A stretch of DNA of 64,000 nt from Akkermansiaceae bacterium. GTDB lineage: Bacteria; Verrucomicrobiota; Verrucomicrobiia; Verrucomicrobiales; Akkermansiaceae. The position numbers were made by a program, and so were the translations under genes. Shown here piece by piece: positions 47,370-58,012 of this stretch; within the stretch, counting starts at the first letter, position 1, and every line of letters begins with the position of its first letter. A model generated the notes under the pieces. It was not told where the DNA came from, made no database searches, and saw only the letters and a list, made by a program, of their open reading frames with translations. The DNA lies in the NCBI GenBank assembly GCA_031371325.1, contig JANMJJ010000198.1:492-64491 (forward strand), written 5' to 3'.

Positions 47370-48737
47370 TCATTCGAATTCGGTCAAGGCTTTCAGCGCG
47401 AGCTTGCGGGCTCCGGGTTGTTTGAATTTCGGCTCGGCGGCGGTGGTGAAGTCGGCCTTTGCGGCGGCGGATTTCCCAAGGACGAGGTAGGCGCGGCCAC
47501 GGTTGTAGAATGGGTAAGCATCGGCGGGGGCTAGCTCGATGGCGATGTTGTAGGACTTGATGGCTGCGTCGGTTTTGCCTGATAGAAAGAGTCCGTCGCC
47601 GAGGCGGTTTTGGGCCATGGCGGTGAGTTCGGCGTGGCGCGGGTGGCCCGGGGGCAGGCAGTCGCGGATGGCTTCGAGCACGAGCTGGCAGGTTTTCATG
47701 GCGGCCTCGACCTTGGGTGATGGGCCGGTCGCTTCCTTGAGGTTTTCCTTGGCGATTTCCAGCAGCGAGTCGATGGGCGCGGCGGCGAATGCGGCGGGGC
47801 CGTTGGCGGCGGTGGCGAGGCGGAGGGCCTTGATGCATTCCTCCGACTTGCCGGCGGCGGCGAGCTGGTTGATTTCCTTGGAAGTGGGGATTTTGACGAG
47901 CTCGGCTTTCGGCAACGCGGGTGTGGCGGGAGGTGTGGCGGCGGGACCTGCCAGATAGATGTCTTCGCCGACGAGGCGCGAGTATTCGGCGGGGATCTGC
48001 GCGCCTGCGGACTGTTTCATGACGCCGGCGCGGGTGCGTTTGAAAACTTGCTCGATGGTGAGGCCTGGGGTTTGCAGGTGTTTGAGGAGCTCGCCGGTGT
48101 AGAGGCCGTTGGCTCCGCCGCCGTCCTGGGCGGTGTGCCCGGCGTCGGTGGCGAAGGCGATGAGCGATCCGGCGGGTGGTTTCATTTCCGCGAGGCCGCC
48201 GCAGGTAGTGGCATCGCGGGTGCGGGTGTCGCGCGCCAGCGGGGTGTTGCGGCAGGCATCGAGGATGACGAGATTGCAGCGGGCCCCGGCGGCGCTCATT
48301 TCGGCGACGACTTGGTCGGCGTTGAAGAGCTTGGTTTCGGCGAGCATGCGGAGCGTCAGGTCATCGGATCCTTCCGGTTGATAGCCGGATTTGATCGGGA
48401 TGAGGTAATTGGAACCGGCCACCGAGATGCCGTGGCCGGCGTAGTAGAACAAAGCGACTTCCGAGTCCTTGATTTGTCCCCGGAAATTGGCGACGGCCTT
48501 TAACAGCTCATCGCGCGAGACATTGTGTTCCTCGATCACGGTGAAGCCGAGGCCGCGCAGGGTTTTCGAGACCGCCTTGGCATCGTTGACGGAGTTGCGG
48601 AGGGGGCCGACGGCCGCGTCGTATTTCGCGTTACCGACGACGAGCGCGACACGGGGCTTGGCAGGCGTTTCTGCGGAAGCGAGAATCAGCGCCAGCGCGT
48701 AGACGGCAGAAATCGCGAATCGCAGGCGGCTGATCAT
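47370..48737 (-). CDS. Caspase-like (peptidase C14) protein with signal peptide and C-terminal TPRs
   Basis: RVALVVGNAKY, LRNSVNDA, YAGHG (His), LDACRN (Cys), TPR YNRGRAY. Confidence 0.9.
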   Translation of the reverse strand: MISRLRFAISAVYALALILASAETPAKPRVALVVGNAKYDAAVGPLRNSVNDAKAVSKTLRGLGFTVIEEHNVSRDELLKAVANFRGQIKDSEVALFYYAGHGISVAGSNYLIPIKSGYQPEGSDDLTLRMLAETKLFNADQVVAEMSAAGARCNLVILDACRNTPLARDTRTRDATTCGGLAEMKPPAGSLIAFATDAGHTAQDGGGANGLYTGELLKHLQTPGLTIEQVFKRTRAGVMKQSAGAQIPAEYSRLVGEDIYLAGPAATPPATPALPKAELVKIPTSKEINQLAAAGKSEECIKALRLATAANGPAAFAAAPIDSLLEIAKENLKEATGPSPKVEAAMKTCQLVLEAIRDCLPPGHPRHAELTAMAQNRLGDGLFLSGKTDAAIKSYNIAIELAPADAYPFYNRGRAYLVLGKSAAAKADFTTAAEPKFKQPGARKLALKALTEFE

Positions 48738-48840
48738 GGAAGGTTTCTGGTCGCCCTTCCTTCGCAGGTCAATCCGAATGGCTGGGGCGACGCATCAACT
48801 CGGATTGACTCGCGGCGTGCGGGATCGTCAAACTCCGGCC

Positions 48841-49674
48841 GTGAGAATCCTTGTTCTATCAATCAGTCTGCTGGCGGTGGGATGTGCGGTGAAAACGCCG
48901 GTGGCGGAGGAGGAACCGATGGTCGCCGGGGATTCGGCCGCACCGTCGCAACTGACACCTGCGGAATCGATGGCGATCGCCCATCAACTGGCGACGCATC
49001 CGTGGCGGCCATTCGCGGGGAACATCCTGCATGGCAAGGACCGGTCGGGCATCCTGGTGAACACCCCGGACGCCGGGCTTGATCCGCAGCAACCCCGCAG
49101 AGGGTGGTGGATCCCGGGAGTGGTGAACGAGGGGATTCCGTACAAATGGGGTGGGTTCGATGGTCCGGAAACGTTTGATGCGGCGGTGGCCAATGGATCT
49201 GCGGCGGGCGATGTCTCGTCACCCGAGAAGCGCCGGGCGGACAATGCGGAGGTAAGTGCCCACGCCGCAGGGGTGGATTGCTCGGGGTTCGTTTCCCGCT
49301 GTTTGAAATTACCGTCGGTCCACGATACCGCGAAATTGCCATCCATCTGCGACGAATTGCCAAGCGCGGCGGAACTGCGGCCCGGCGATTTGCTCAACAT
49401 TCCACGACGGCATGTGGTCCTTTGCGCCGGTTGGTCGAATCCGGAGAAGACTTGGATCTTCTACTATGAAACGGGTGGTGGGCCGCAGTACTGGAAACCC
49501 GGGCTGAAAAAGGCTCCGCTGGCGGCGATGTTAGGGCTGGGTTACAAGCCGCTGCGCTACTGCGGCATGGCGCATCCACCGGTCAAGCCTGGCAGCAGCG
49601 CGAAGGACGTGCTGACGCGCACGGTAAAAGCCACGGCGGAGGTGGTTGCGAATCCGACAGTGGGAGAACCCTGA
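48841..49674 (+). CDS. NlpC/P60-like lipoprotein
   Basis: Lipobox LAVGC; PYKWGG, GVDCSGFVSR, LRPGDLL, HVVL. Confidence 0.8.
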   Translation: MRILVLSISLLAVGCAVKTPVAEEEPMVAGDSAAPSQLTPAESMAIAHQLATHPWRPFAGNILHGKDRSGILVNTPDAGLDPQQPRRGWWIPGVVNEGIPYKWGGFDGPETFDAAVANGSAAGDVSSPEKRRADNAEVSAHAAGVDCSGFVSRCLKLPSVHDTAKLPSICDELPSAAELRPGDLLNIPRRHVVLCAGWSNPEKTWIFYYETGGGPQYWKPGLKKAPLAAMLGLGYKPLRYCGMAHPPVKPGSSAKDVLTRTVKATAEVVANPTVGEP

Positions 49675-49796
49675 GTCTGCGCTTCCACGGCATCCGTCGG
49701 CACAATCCGCTCAAAAGGAAAAGCACCGCGACTTGAGTGCCCACAGGAAAAACACCGATGCAGCACCGGCGCAAACGGCCATGGGCATCTACCAAT

Positions 49797-50402
49797 CTAT
49801 GCATGGGAAACGCGAACGGCCAACTCGGCGATTCTTCGGCGTGTCTTCTCAAGGCTGGGACAGGATTCGGCCGCGACTTCCGGCATCCAGCTTTCACGAA
49901 TGAAAGCTTCCAACAATTCATTGTATCCCGGCCCGATGCTTGAGGTGCCCGAGGGTGTCATTGCCTTCCTGATCTTGGCTGGGGATCCTTGGGCGAGTCG
50001 GATCAATTCCGCTTTCGGGTCGGCAAGCTGCTCCGGACTGCTAGATATCTGTGACATGGGTATGCGGAGCAGTTCGGCGATTGCGGAGCGATGGCCAAAT
50101 AACCACGCTTCCACTTCGCGGACGCAAATCCGAAAGAGAAAATCCGTCGAAGTGTCCTCCATCAGCCAAGTTCTTTTTAAAGCCGGAGGGCACTCACAGG
50201 CATCAAGATCTGTAAGCATCAGCACGGGCATTCCCCACCGGCCCATGTTTTGATAGCTCTCAACATTCTTTTTGAGCCTACCATGGCCCCTTGCGTTTTC
50301 TTCGCGATAAACAGTGAGCGGCTTCGCCTCGGCGATCAACTTGCGCCCTACAGCGAGCCCGGGAATGTCCTCAGCTACGAGATAAACCGTGGAATAGGTC
50401 AT
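49797..50402 (-). CDS. TOPRIM-like (DUF4276-like) putative nuclease
   Basis: LVAED, LTDLD (DxD), VREVEAWL, PEQLADPK, CPSL. Translationally coupled to the ATPase. Confidence 0.75.
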   Translation of the reverse strand: MTYSTVYLVAEDIPGLAVGRKLIAEAKPLTVYREENARGHGRLKKNVESYQNMGRWGMPVLMLTDLDACECPPALKRTWLMEDTSTDFLFRICVREVEAWLFGHRSAIAELLRIPMSQISSSPEQLADPKAELIRLAQGSPAKIRKAMTPSGTSSIGPGYNELLEAFIRESWMPEVAAESCPSLEKTRRRIAELAVRVSHA

Positions 50403-51568
50403 TACAGGCTCAGTTGCAGTTGATCCACATTCTTCGGGTGAGTGGTCGGCAACAAAACCTGACCGACCGAAAGACCACTTCGGATCATGATTGCTTCCTG
50501 AGGTTCCAGTTTGCGGATTTCGGTTCCTTCCGTGGAGGGCTGAAGCCGAATCACTTCCTCCGCCGCGATTGATGGATCGCCTAAAAGGGCCTCGCTATGG
50601 GTGGTGATAATCACTTGCCGAGTGCTCTTCGACCTTTTTTGTACCTTTTGGATCAAGCGAGGCAAGTGCCGAACAATTTCTTCGTTTAAGGACAGCTCCG
50701 GCTCTTCAAGCAACAGCAGCGAACCTCCGTCCATGAGTGACCAAAGCAAGCCGATCAGTCGTAGCGTGCCATCCGAGAACTGACTTTCCCGCTGCCAAGC
50801 GCCCTTAGGCCGCCAGTGCGCGAAATTGGCTTCAATATGGGGATGCCCGCTAACCGGGTCTTTCTGAAACCGCAATTCCTTGAATTGCGGAACCACGCAA
50901 TCCAATGCGGCTTGAATTCTCCGAAGTCTGGCGTCACGGGTCTTTTCTCCGGTCGCCGCAACTCTTTGTAGAAATCCCTGCCCGAAGGGATCCTGTTCGA
51001 CCATATTGCCACCGATCAAATTGGCGAACTTCAGCAACTGAGGCACCAGATGAAGATAAGTGGTTTCGCTAAAGAACCGAGCCAGTTCACGAAAATCCAA
51101 GTTCGCGTTGATCTGTTCCAAATAAGTCTGGGTCAGCCGTTCGGGATCTTTCCGATCGTCGGCGTCAGGGCGTTGATGAATCACTTTGCGATTCAGTTCG
51201 ACCATCTCGCTGGTGATGACAATTCGGTTGTTGGCTTTTCCTTCGCCTTTGAAGCCCAGCAAATATCTCCAGATTTTGTCTGGAGATTCTTCAATTGTGA
51301 CGTCCAGTAACACTTCGTTGTCATGCTTTGCATTGAGACAGCGGAGTTTGGACAGTCCGCCGCGATCATTGACCGCCTTTTGCAGGCCGCCCCCGGACGG
51401 CTTGACCCCGGAGGGAAGGGCCACGTCCCTGAGAAAACGCAAGGAATCGAGAAGATTGGATTTACCGCTCGCGTTCGGGCCAATCAAGAAAACACGGTCT
51501 CCAAGTGGACCCGCATCCAGCGACTTGAAGTTCATCCAGTTCTTGAGACTGATTTGTTGGATTTTCAT
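50402..51568 (-). CDS. ABC-type (AAA_21 / RecF-like) ATPase
   Basis: GPNASGKSN, FSDGTLRL, LLLEEPELSL, ITTHS. Confidence 0.9.
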   Translation of the reverse strand: MKIQQISLKNWMNFKSLDAGPLGDRVFLIGPNASGKSNLLDSLRFLRDVALPSGVKPSGGGLQKAVNDRGGLSKLRCLNAKHDNEVLLDVTIEESPDKIWRYLLGFKGEGKANNRIVITSEMVELNRKVIHQRPDADDRKDPERLTQTYLEQINANLDFRELARFFSETTYLHLVPQLLKFANLIGGNMVEQDPFGQGFLQRVAATGEKTRDARLRRIQAALDCVVPQFKELRFQKDPVSGHPHIEANFAHWRPKGAWQRESQFSDGTLRLIGLLWSLMDGGSLLLLEEPELSLNEEIVRHLPRLIQKVQKRSKSTRQVIITTHSEALLGDPSIAAEEVIRLQPSTEGTEIRKLEPQEAIMIRSGLSVGQVLLPTTHPKNVDQLQLSL

Positions 51569-51624
51569 GATTCTTTAAAGGGAAACGACAGTCGCTGCCA
51601 CTAAGGATTCGCTTTGCAGCGATC

Positions 51625-52896
51625 TCATGGAGCTGAGAGAGTTTGATTCTGCCAGCGTTCGATGGCAAGGCGGATGCCAGCGGCTTTGTGGAGAGTTTCC
51701 TCGTATTCCTTTTCGGGATCGGAGTCAGCGACGATGCCGGCACCGACTTGATAGACGAGCTGGTCGCCGCTGCGGACGAGGGTGCGGATGGCGATGTTGA
51801 AGGAGCTTTCACCATTGTAGCCGAGCCAGCCGATGGCCCCGCAATAGATGCCACGCGGGGCTTGTTCGAGTTCGCGGATGATTTCCATGGCACGCTTCTT
51901 GGGCGCGCCGGTGATGCTGCCGCCGGGAAAGCAGGCGGCGAGGGCGGCGATGGCATCGACCTCGGGCCGGAGGATGCCGGTGACGGTGGATACGAGGTGG
52001 TGGACCTGGGCGAGAGTTTCTAACCGCAGCATGTCGGTGACCTCGACGCTGCCGAATTCGCAGACTTGGCCGAGGTCGTTGCGGAGGAGGTCGGTGATCA
52101 TGACGAGCTCGGCGATTTCCTTGGCGGATGTCTGGAGTTCGTAGGCGGAGCGGCGGTCTTCGTCGGGATCGGGGAAACGCGGGCGGGTGCCTTTGATCGG
52201 CCGGGTCTCGATGCCGCGGCCGGAAATTTTCAGGAACGATTCCGGCGAGGAACTGAGGATTTCGCGACCGTCGAGTTTCAGGTAGGCGGCCATCGGCGCG
52301 GGCGAAGCGTCGCGCAGGGTTTCGTAAAGGCTGAAGAGGTCGCCGGTGACGGTGGCGACGAATCCTTGGGAAAGATTCGCCTGATAGATATGCCCGGCGG
52401 CGATCCAGTCCTTGATGCGGGCGACGCCGGCGATGAATTGGCTGCGGGCTGTGAGCGGAGAGAATCCGCCGATTTGCGCGGTGCCGGTGGTGGTGTGGAG
52501 TTGTTCGGAAAGTTGGCCTGTTTCCCACCACGTCTGATCATGGTGGCTGTAAACGAGCATTTCCGGGTAGTCGCCGAAGACGAAACCGCCCTCGTAGTCG
52601 ATCCACCCGCAAAGTCCGCCGACCGGAAATCCGTGGTCGCCGGTGCGTTTCGGGCCGGCAGCGAGGGCGGCCCGGAGGATTTCCAGATTGGCTGAAATAT
52701 GTACATTTCCCCGCAGCACTCGCAAAGGGTTGGCCGCGATGACCGAGAGCGGCCGGGAACCACCCGAGGGAAAATTTCCTGCCGTGTCGAAAAAAACCAG
52801 CCCGGCGAGATGCCGCAAGCGCCCTGCCACCTCGACGGGAGACAAGCCATTGAGCCGGACCGGACTCGCTACGGGTCGCATCAGAGATTCCGCCAT
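51625..52896 (-). CDS. pabB: Aminodeoxychorismate synthase component I (anthranilate synthase component I family)
   Basis: IYQANLS, SSPESF, TRPIKGTRPR, KEIAELVMITDLLRNDLG, FPGGSITGAPKKRAM. Confidence 0.88.
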   Translation of the reverse strand: MAESLMRPVASPVRLNGLSPVEVAGRLRHLAGLVFFDTAGNFPSGGSRPLSVIAANPLRVLRGNVHISANLEILRAALAAGPKRTGDHGFPVGGLCGWIDYEGGFVFGDYPEMLVYSHHDQTWWETGQLSEQLHTTTGTAQIGGFSPLTARSQFIAGVARIKDWIAAGHIYQANLSQGFVATVTGDLFSLYETLRDASPAPMAAYLKLDGREILSSSPESFLKISGRGIETRPIKGTRPRFPDPDEDRRSAYELQTSAKEIAELVMITDLLRNDLGQVCEFGSVEVTDMLRLETLAQVHHLVSTVTGILRPEVDAIAALAACFPGGSITGAPKKRAMEIIRELEQAPRGIYCGAIGWLGYNGESSFNIAIRTLVRSGDQLVYQVGAGIVADSDPEKEYEETLHKAAGIRLAIERWQNQTLSAP

Positions 52897-52949
52897 TGCC
52901 GCCCGAACCAATGCCCGCCACGCGTCCGAAGCAAGCCGGAAACACGACT

Positions 52950-53045
52950 GTTTGCAGCATCCCTTCGGCAAGGCAAAGGGGACCAGCAGCGAGCACATCA
53001 AACACGTTTTGGAGGACGGGGAGCTGGTCCGCGAGCAGGAATTCG
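52950..53045 (+). pseudogene. Short remnant resembling RhuM-family proteins
   Basis: FGKAKGTSSEHIKHVLEDGEL matches the RhuM-like LF......ISEHI.N.F..GEL motif. No intact ORF. Confidence 0.5.
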
Positions 53046-53286
53046 CCGAAAACCGCCTGCTCATCCTCTCGCCTTTTGCCTATGGCAAACCTTCACGCCC
53101 GCCCAAGAAAAGCTGCTCGCTGCGCAACCACTTCATCCTGAGCAGGGCCTGATTGTCCCTTCTGCGGTTACGGGAAAGAGGAAGGGACGACGATAAGGTC
53201 GCCACTCCTTATGTCGCGGGTTCCTGAAAGGATTGGCGGCGAGTTTCGCAGTGGACCGGGCCTGCCTCTCCGGCGATGCTCGGCGC

Positions 53287-54969
53287 ATGACGAAAGGTTC
53301 GGGATGGATGCGGATCGCTGCGGCGGCGGCCAGCGGCTTGTTAGTGGCGGGGCTGTTCCCGCCGTTTGATTTCCCGGGGATGGTGTGGGTGGCGTTGATG
53401 CCCTTGTTGTGGGCGCTGTGGGCGGTGGAGGGCAAACGTGCGGGCTGGAAAGGATTCGGGACCGCCTATCTGGCGGGAGCCGTTAGCTGTTTGATCCAGT
53501 TCAACTGGGTCGCGTCGGTCTCATGGCTCGGGGCGATTCTGCTGCCGCTCTATCTGGCGGTTTACTGGGGCTTGTTCGGTTGGTTCGCGGCGACGATCGG
53601 CAAGCCGCGGAAAAACGGTGGCGCGTGGGAAAGCCTGCGGGTGGCGTTCTGCCATGGGGCGGTGTGGGCGGGGTGCGAGCTGCTGCGCGGCTGGGTGATC
53701 ACCGGGATCAGTTGGAACGTGATGGGCACGGCGTTGGGCGAAACGCCGGTGATGGCGCAGGGCGCGGATTTGTTAGGCGTGGCCGGGCTTTCGCTGGTGC
53801 TGGTGTTTTTCCAAGCGCTGCTCGTGCAAGCGGGGCAAAATCGGAAGCGCCGGGAGGTGGGGATTGCCGCCCTGCTGGTGGGGTCACTTTATGGCTACGG
53901 GAAATTCCGGATCGCGATGGAGGCGAAGGGCGAGTCCGTGCGGCTGAAGACGTTGTTGGTGCAGCTTGATATCCCGCAGGACGCGGCGCGGGTCTTGTGG
54001 ACGGATCTGGAAACCCACCAGGCTTACGAGGTTGAAACGTTGAAGGCTCTCGACGCCTTGAAATCGCCCGACGGGAAAATTTCCCCGCAGTGGCCGGACT
54101 GGGTGATGTGGCCGGAATGCGCTCTAACGGGCCGGATTCTCCGCACTGACGACGGCGGGTGGGGGACGTGGCAAATCAACCTGGACACCATCGCCCAGGT
54201 CCGCGAGGCGGGGCCGTTTTCCCTGATCTATGGCGTCAATGAATTGGAAGCCGAGAAGAGAGGCGAGGGGCTGGTGATGAAGGAAAACGGCAAGGCTTAC
54301 AATTCCATCGCGGTCATGTCGCCGTCCGATGAGCTGCAAACCTATCGGAAACGACACCTGGTGATATTCGGCGAGACGATCCCATTCGTGGACTCGATCC
54401 CGTGGTTGAAACAAATCTACGAGCAGCAGTCGGGCGCGGAATACCACGGTTCCTTCACGCCGGGCGACTCGCTCGAGCCGCTGCCGATCCTCGCCGGCGA
54501 GACGATGATCGGCGCGATTCCGACGGTGTGTTTCGAGGACTCGGTGCCGCGGCTGACCCGGAAATTCGTCCGCCCCGGGCCGCAGGTGATCATCAACGTG
54601 ACCAACGACGGTTGGTTCAAGGAGTCTGCTGCGGCGGCCCAACATTTCGCCTACGCCCGCTTCCGCGCCATCGAGTTGCGGCGGCCGATGCTGCGCTGCG
54701 CCAACACCGGAGTCAGCGCGGCCATCGATTCGACAGGGTCCACCGCCCACCCGGATAGCGGCAAATCCCAGATCCTAACCGACGCGAAGGGCAGCCACTT
54801 CACCCGCGGCTCGCTGCTTACGGAATTGAAGATCCCGCTCCACCCCACGTTTTCCTTGTTCGCTGTGCTCGGCGATTGGGGGCTTCTCACCTTGGCAGCG
54901 GCGGGTCTGATGGTGGCCGCTTTGACCTGCGGACCGCAGTTTCCGCCGAACCTCCCCCCCTCTCGATGA
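53287..54969 (+). CDS. lnt: Apolipoprotein N-acyltransferase
   Basis: N-terminal TM helices; WPEC, YRKRHLVIFGE.IP, VCFED, VTNDGWF, RAIELRRPMLRCANTGVS. Confidence 0.93.
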   Translation: MTKGSGWMRIAAAAASGLLVAGLFPPFDFPGMVWVALMPLLWALWAVEGKRAGWKGFGTAYLAGAVSCLIQFNWVASVSWLGAILLPLYLAVYWGLFGWFAATIGKPRKNGGAWESLRVAFCHGAVWAGCELLRGWVITGISWNVMGTALGETPVMAQGADLLGVAGLSLVLVFFQALLVQAGQNRKRREVGIAALLVGSLYGYGKFRIAMEAKGESVRLKTLLVQLDIPQDAARVLWTDLETHQAYEVETLKALDALKSPDGKISPQWPDWVMWPECALTGRILRTDDGGWGTWQINLDTIAQVREAGPFSLIYGVNELEAEKRGEGLVMKENGKAYNSIAVMSPSDELQTYRKRHLVIFGETIPFVDSIPWLKQIYEQQSGAEYHGSFTPGDSLEPLPILAGETMIGAIPTVCFEDSVPRLTRKFVRPGPQVIINVTNDGWFKESAAAAQHFAYARFRAIELRRPMLRCANTGVSAAIDSTGSTAHPDSGKSQILTDAKGSHFTRGSLLTELKIPLHPTFSLFAVLGDWGLLTLAAAGLMVAALTCGPQFPPNLPPSR

Positions 54970-55094
54970 GCTTGGCACCGCTCCACCGGCCAGCTCCACG
55001 GGTATCCCGAGGGTTCCGTTCCATGAAGCATCCGCGCCGAAAGAGCACGAATTCCGATTTGATTTTTTCTCCGCAGCGTTCACAAGCTCCGGGC

Positions 55095-55652
55095 ATGGCG
55101 AAAGCAAAGGACGAAAACCGGGTGGTGGTGAAGGTGTTTCTCTACGGAATCCAACCGCAGATCTGGCGGCGCTTCTCGATTTCGGCGGACATCCCGTTCA
55201 TCCAGTTCAGCGATGCCGTGCAAGCGGTGATGGGCTGGGACAACAAGAGCCCGCATGAGTTCCGCCATGGCAAGGGCAAGCGCCTCGTCGATGTCATCGG
55301 GCCGATCGGGCTGGAGGATCAGACGGCCGGCGAGTTCCAGGACGAGGCGGTGTTGACGGTGAAGAATTTCATCGGCAAACGGCGGCTGCCGATCCGGATT
55401 CTCTATCGCTATGATTTCGCCGACGAGTGGATCCACGAAATCGTCTTTGAAAAATGGGCCGCCGGTGAAGGCGGGCCGGAAGTGATGGAAGGCGCGCGTG
55501 CGTGCCCGCCGGAAGACTTTGGCGGGACCTTCCAATACATGCAGGCACTGCACGGGGAAATCGAATGGGCGCATCCGGGATATGAGCCGGAGGTGTTCGA
55601 TCCGAAGACGGTGAGCTTCGAGCAGAAGAAGGCGGTGAAGAAGCGGAAGTAG
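55095..55652 (+). CDS. pRiA4b ORF-3 family protein
   Basis: PQIWRRF, Q.VMGW...H, YRYDFADEWIH, GARACPPED.GG. Confidence 0.85.
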   Translation: MAKAKDENRVVVKVFLYGIQPQIWRRFSISADIPFIQFSDAVQAVMGWDNKSPHEFRHGKGKRLVDVIGPIGLEDQTAGEFQDEAVLTVKNFIGKRRLPIRILYRYDFADEWIHEIVFEKWAAGEGGPEVMEGARACPPEDFGGTFQYMQALHGEIEWAHPGYEPEVFDPKTVSFEQKKAVKKRK

Positions 55653-55679
55653 GGGGCATGGACGTCTCGTCCCTTCCCC

Positions 55680-56522
55680 CTATTGTGGAGCCTCAACCAG
55701 GCGGATCCCGTTCTTCTCGATGGTGATCTTGCCCTTTTTAAAGAGCGCACCGGTGGCTTGCTTGAAGGTGCGCTTGCTGACGCCGAGTTCCTCATTGATT
55801 TCCGCCGCCGAGCTGTGATCGCCGAGGGGCCAGAAGCCGCCGCGGGCAGCGAGTTCGGCCAGGATCTGGCCTTCGAGGTCATCGACCTTGGCGCGGCCGG
55901 GGGCGTGCAGGCTGAGGTCGATTTTTCCGTCCGGCCTAACATCGGCGATGTAGCCCTTGAGGGATTCGCCGGGCTGGAGGGGTTGGAAAACATCGTTGGC
56001 GAAAATGAGGCCGCTGTGACTGCCGTTGACGATGGCCTTGTAGCCGAGCGCGGTTTTGCCGAAGACGATGAGATCGACTTCCTGGCCGGGGCGGAAGTCG
56101 TGCGGGCCTTGGTCCATGTGCCGGGCGATGCGGGTGGAGGCGATGATGCGGCCGGTTTGCGGGTCGATGTGGACGTGGACGATGTAGTTTTTCCCGACGT
56201 CCATGCGGACTTTTTGCTCGCGGAAGGGGACCAGCAGATCTTTCGGCAGCCCCCAGTCGAGGAATGCGCCGACGCCGGTGATGGCCACGCATTTGAGCCG
56301 GGCGAATTGGCCGGTCATGACCTTGGGCGTCTTGAGCGTGGCGACCGGGCGGTCCTCGGAATCGTGGTAAAGGAAGACATCCACGAATTCCCCGAGCGCC
56401 CATTTGACCGGCATTTCACGGCGCGGCAGGAGGATTTCCCCGAGTTCGCCGCCATCGAGAAAGAGCCCGAAGGTTTTTTCGTGGAGGATTTGAAGGGATG
56501 CACGTTCGCCGATGGCTGCCAT
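55680..56522 (-). CDS. CvfB-like S1 RNA-binding protein
   Basis: [56 protein letters not shown]. Confidence 0.9.
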   Translation of the reverse strand: MAAIGERASLQILHEKTFGLFLDGGELGEILLPRREMPVKWALGEFVDVFLYHDSEDRPVATLKTPKVMTGQFARLKCVAITGVGAFLDWGLPKDLLVPFREQKVRMDVGKNYIVHVHIDPQTGRIIASTRIARHMDQGPHDFRPGQEVDLIVFGKTALGYKAIVNGSHSGLIFANDVFQPLQPGESLKGYIADVRPDGKIDLSLHAPGRAKVDDLEGQILAELAARGGFWPLGDHSSAAEINEELGVSKRTFKQATGALFKKGKITIEKNGIRLVEAPQ

Positions 56523-56623
56523 GCCGGGACGATGGACCGGGTGCGGCCGGGAGTCGATGGCGAAGAATCCCAGTGAATCCACACGCGACAAGCCGCCGCA
56601 GCACCGCTAATTTCACCCCGCCC

Positions 56624-56995
56624 ATGAACGACCTCCGCGCCTGCGCCGCCGCCCTCGGCCTTGAAAAAATCGAACGCCACATTTTCCTCTGCGCGGATCA
56701 AACCGAGCCGAAGTGCTGCACCAAGGAGGCCGGGCTGGCGTCGTGGGAATTCCTGAAGCGGCGGTTGAAAGAGCTCGGACTCGCCACGGGAACGGAGCCG
56801 AAAGTTTACCGGACCAAGGCGAACTGCCTGCGGGTTTGCCTACATGGCCCGATCGCCGTGGTCTATCCGGAGGGCGTTTGGTATCACTCATGCACCCCGG
56901 CGGTGTTGGAGCGGATCATTCAGGAGCATCTGATCGGTGGAAAAATCGTCACGGAGTTTGTCTTTGCCCAAAACGACCTCAAGACTCGCGCATGA
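56624..56995 (+). CDS. Thioredoxin-like [2Fe-2S] ferredoxin
   Basis: [35 protein letters not shown]. Confidence 0.9.
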   Translation: MNDLRACAAALGLEKIERHIFLCADQTEPKCCTKEAGLASWEFLKRRLKELGLATGTEPKVYRTKANCLRVCLHGPIAVVYPEGVWYHSCTPAVLERIIQEHLIGGKIVTEFVFAQNDLKTRA

Positions 56996-57993
56996 ACGTC
57001 GCCCTTGAAACATTACTTCTCGTCTTTGCGACCGATGAAGGAATCGCCGTGCCCAAGCGCGCCTTATTCATCGGCGCGGAGCCGCATCCCGCGTTGAAGG
57101 GCTGGCCGGAGGTGATCGGTTGGCAGCCGCTCAAGCCACTGGCCGCAGCATGGGAGCGGGCGGATTTTCCGCGCTCGGAGGAGCTGCCGGATGGCAAGTG
57201 GCCGGTGGTGCTGGTCTTGCCGGGCAAGTCGCGGGACGAAGCGCTCGCGTGGTTCGCGATGGCGCGGGAGCGGCTGGAACCGGGCGGGAAATTGGTCGTC
57301 GCCATGCCTAACACCGCCGGTGCCGGGCGCTTCGAAAAGGAACTCGCCAAGGCGACGGGCAACATCGTCTCGCTGCAAAAGCACAAGTGCCGGGCCTTCC
57401 ACGCGACCGAAGACAGCACGTGGAGCGAGGAGATTTTCCACCAATGGCGGACGCTCGGCGAACTGCGGGAAATCTCCGGCTTCACCGTGCAAGCCGGGAT
57501 TTTCAGCAGCGATCACATCGACCCCGGTTCGCAGCTCCTCGCCGACCATCTGCCCGCCCATTTGCACGGCAACGTCGCGGACCTTGGCGCGGGTTGGGGG
57601 TTTCTATCAGCAGCCGTGTTGCAGCGCTGCCCGAGCATCGAACGGTTGGACTTGTTCGAGGCGGATGCGCGGGCCTTGGCCTGCGCCCGCATGAATCTCG
57701 CGGCCTACCCGCGGGTAATCGGTTTCCACTGGCACGACGTCACCACCGGTTTGCCCGGAATTTACGATGCGATCATCATGAACCCGCCGTTCCACACCGG
57801 CCAGGCGACGGACGTCGATCTCGGCCGGGCCTTTCTCAAGATCGCCGCCGCCTCGCTCAAGCGCGGGGGAAAATTGCTGCTGGTCGCCAACCGCCAACTC
57901 CCGTACGAAGCCGCTCTCCAAGCCAGCGGCCTGGCCTGGCGCAAGATCGCCGAGGACCGGATTTACAAGATCCTCTCCGCCGATAGTCGCTAA
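56992..57993 (+). CDS. RsmC-like class I SAM-dependent methyltransferase
   Basis: [39 protein letters not shown]. Confidence 0.85.
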   Translation: MNVALETLLLVFATDEGIAVPKRALFIGAEPHPALKGWPEVIGWQPLKPLAAAWERADFPRSEELPDGKWPVVLVLPGKSRDEALAWFAMARERLEPGGKLVVAMPNTAGAGRFEKELAKATGNIVSLQKHKCRAFHATEDSTWSEEIFHQWRTLGELREISGFTVQAGIFSSDHIDPGSQLLADHLPAHLHGNVADLGAGWGFLSAAVLQRCPSIERLDLFEADARALACARMNLAAYPRVIGFHWHDVTTGLPGIYDAIIMNPPFHTGQATDVDLGRAFLKIAAASLKRGGKLLLVANRQLPYEAALQASGLAWRKIAEDRIYKILSADSR

Positions 57994-58012
57994 TCAGACA
58001 GAAGACTTCTTT

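Noticed and set aside
46099-47838. 579-aa version of the CLC ORF and other N-terminally extended ORF-track starts (tdh, fabF, pabB, ROK, SPFH)
   Set aside because: The extensions overlap neighbouring genes or are low-complexity. Downstream starts match the family N-termini.
55095-55652. pRiA4b ORF-3 protein as evidence of a plasmid or IS
   Set aside because: It has host-like codon usage, is flanked by core genes, and has no replication or transposase genes nearby.
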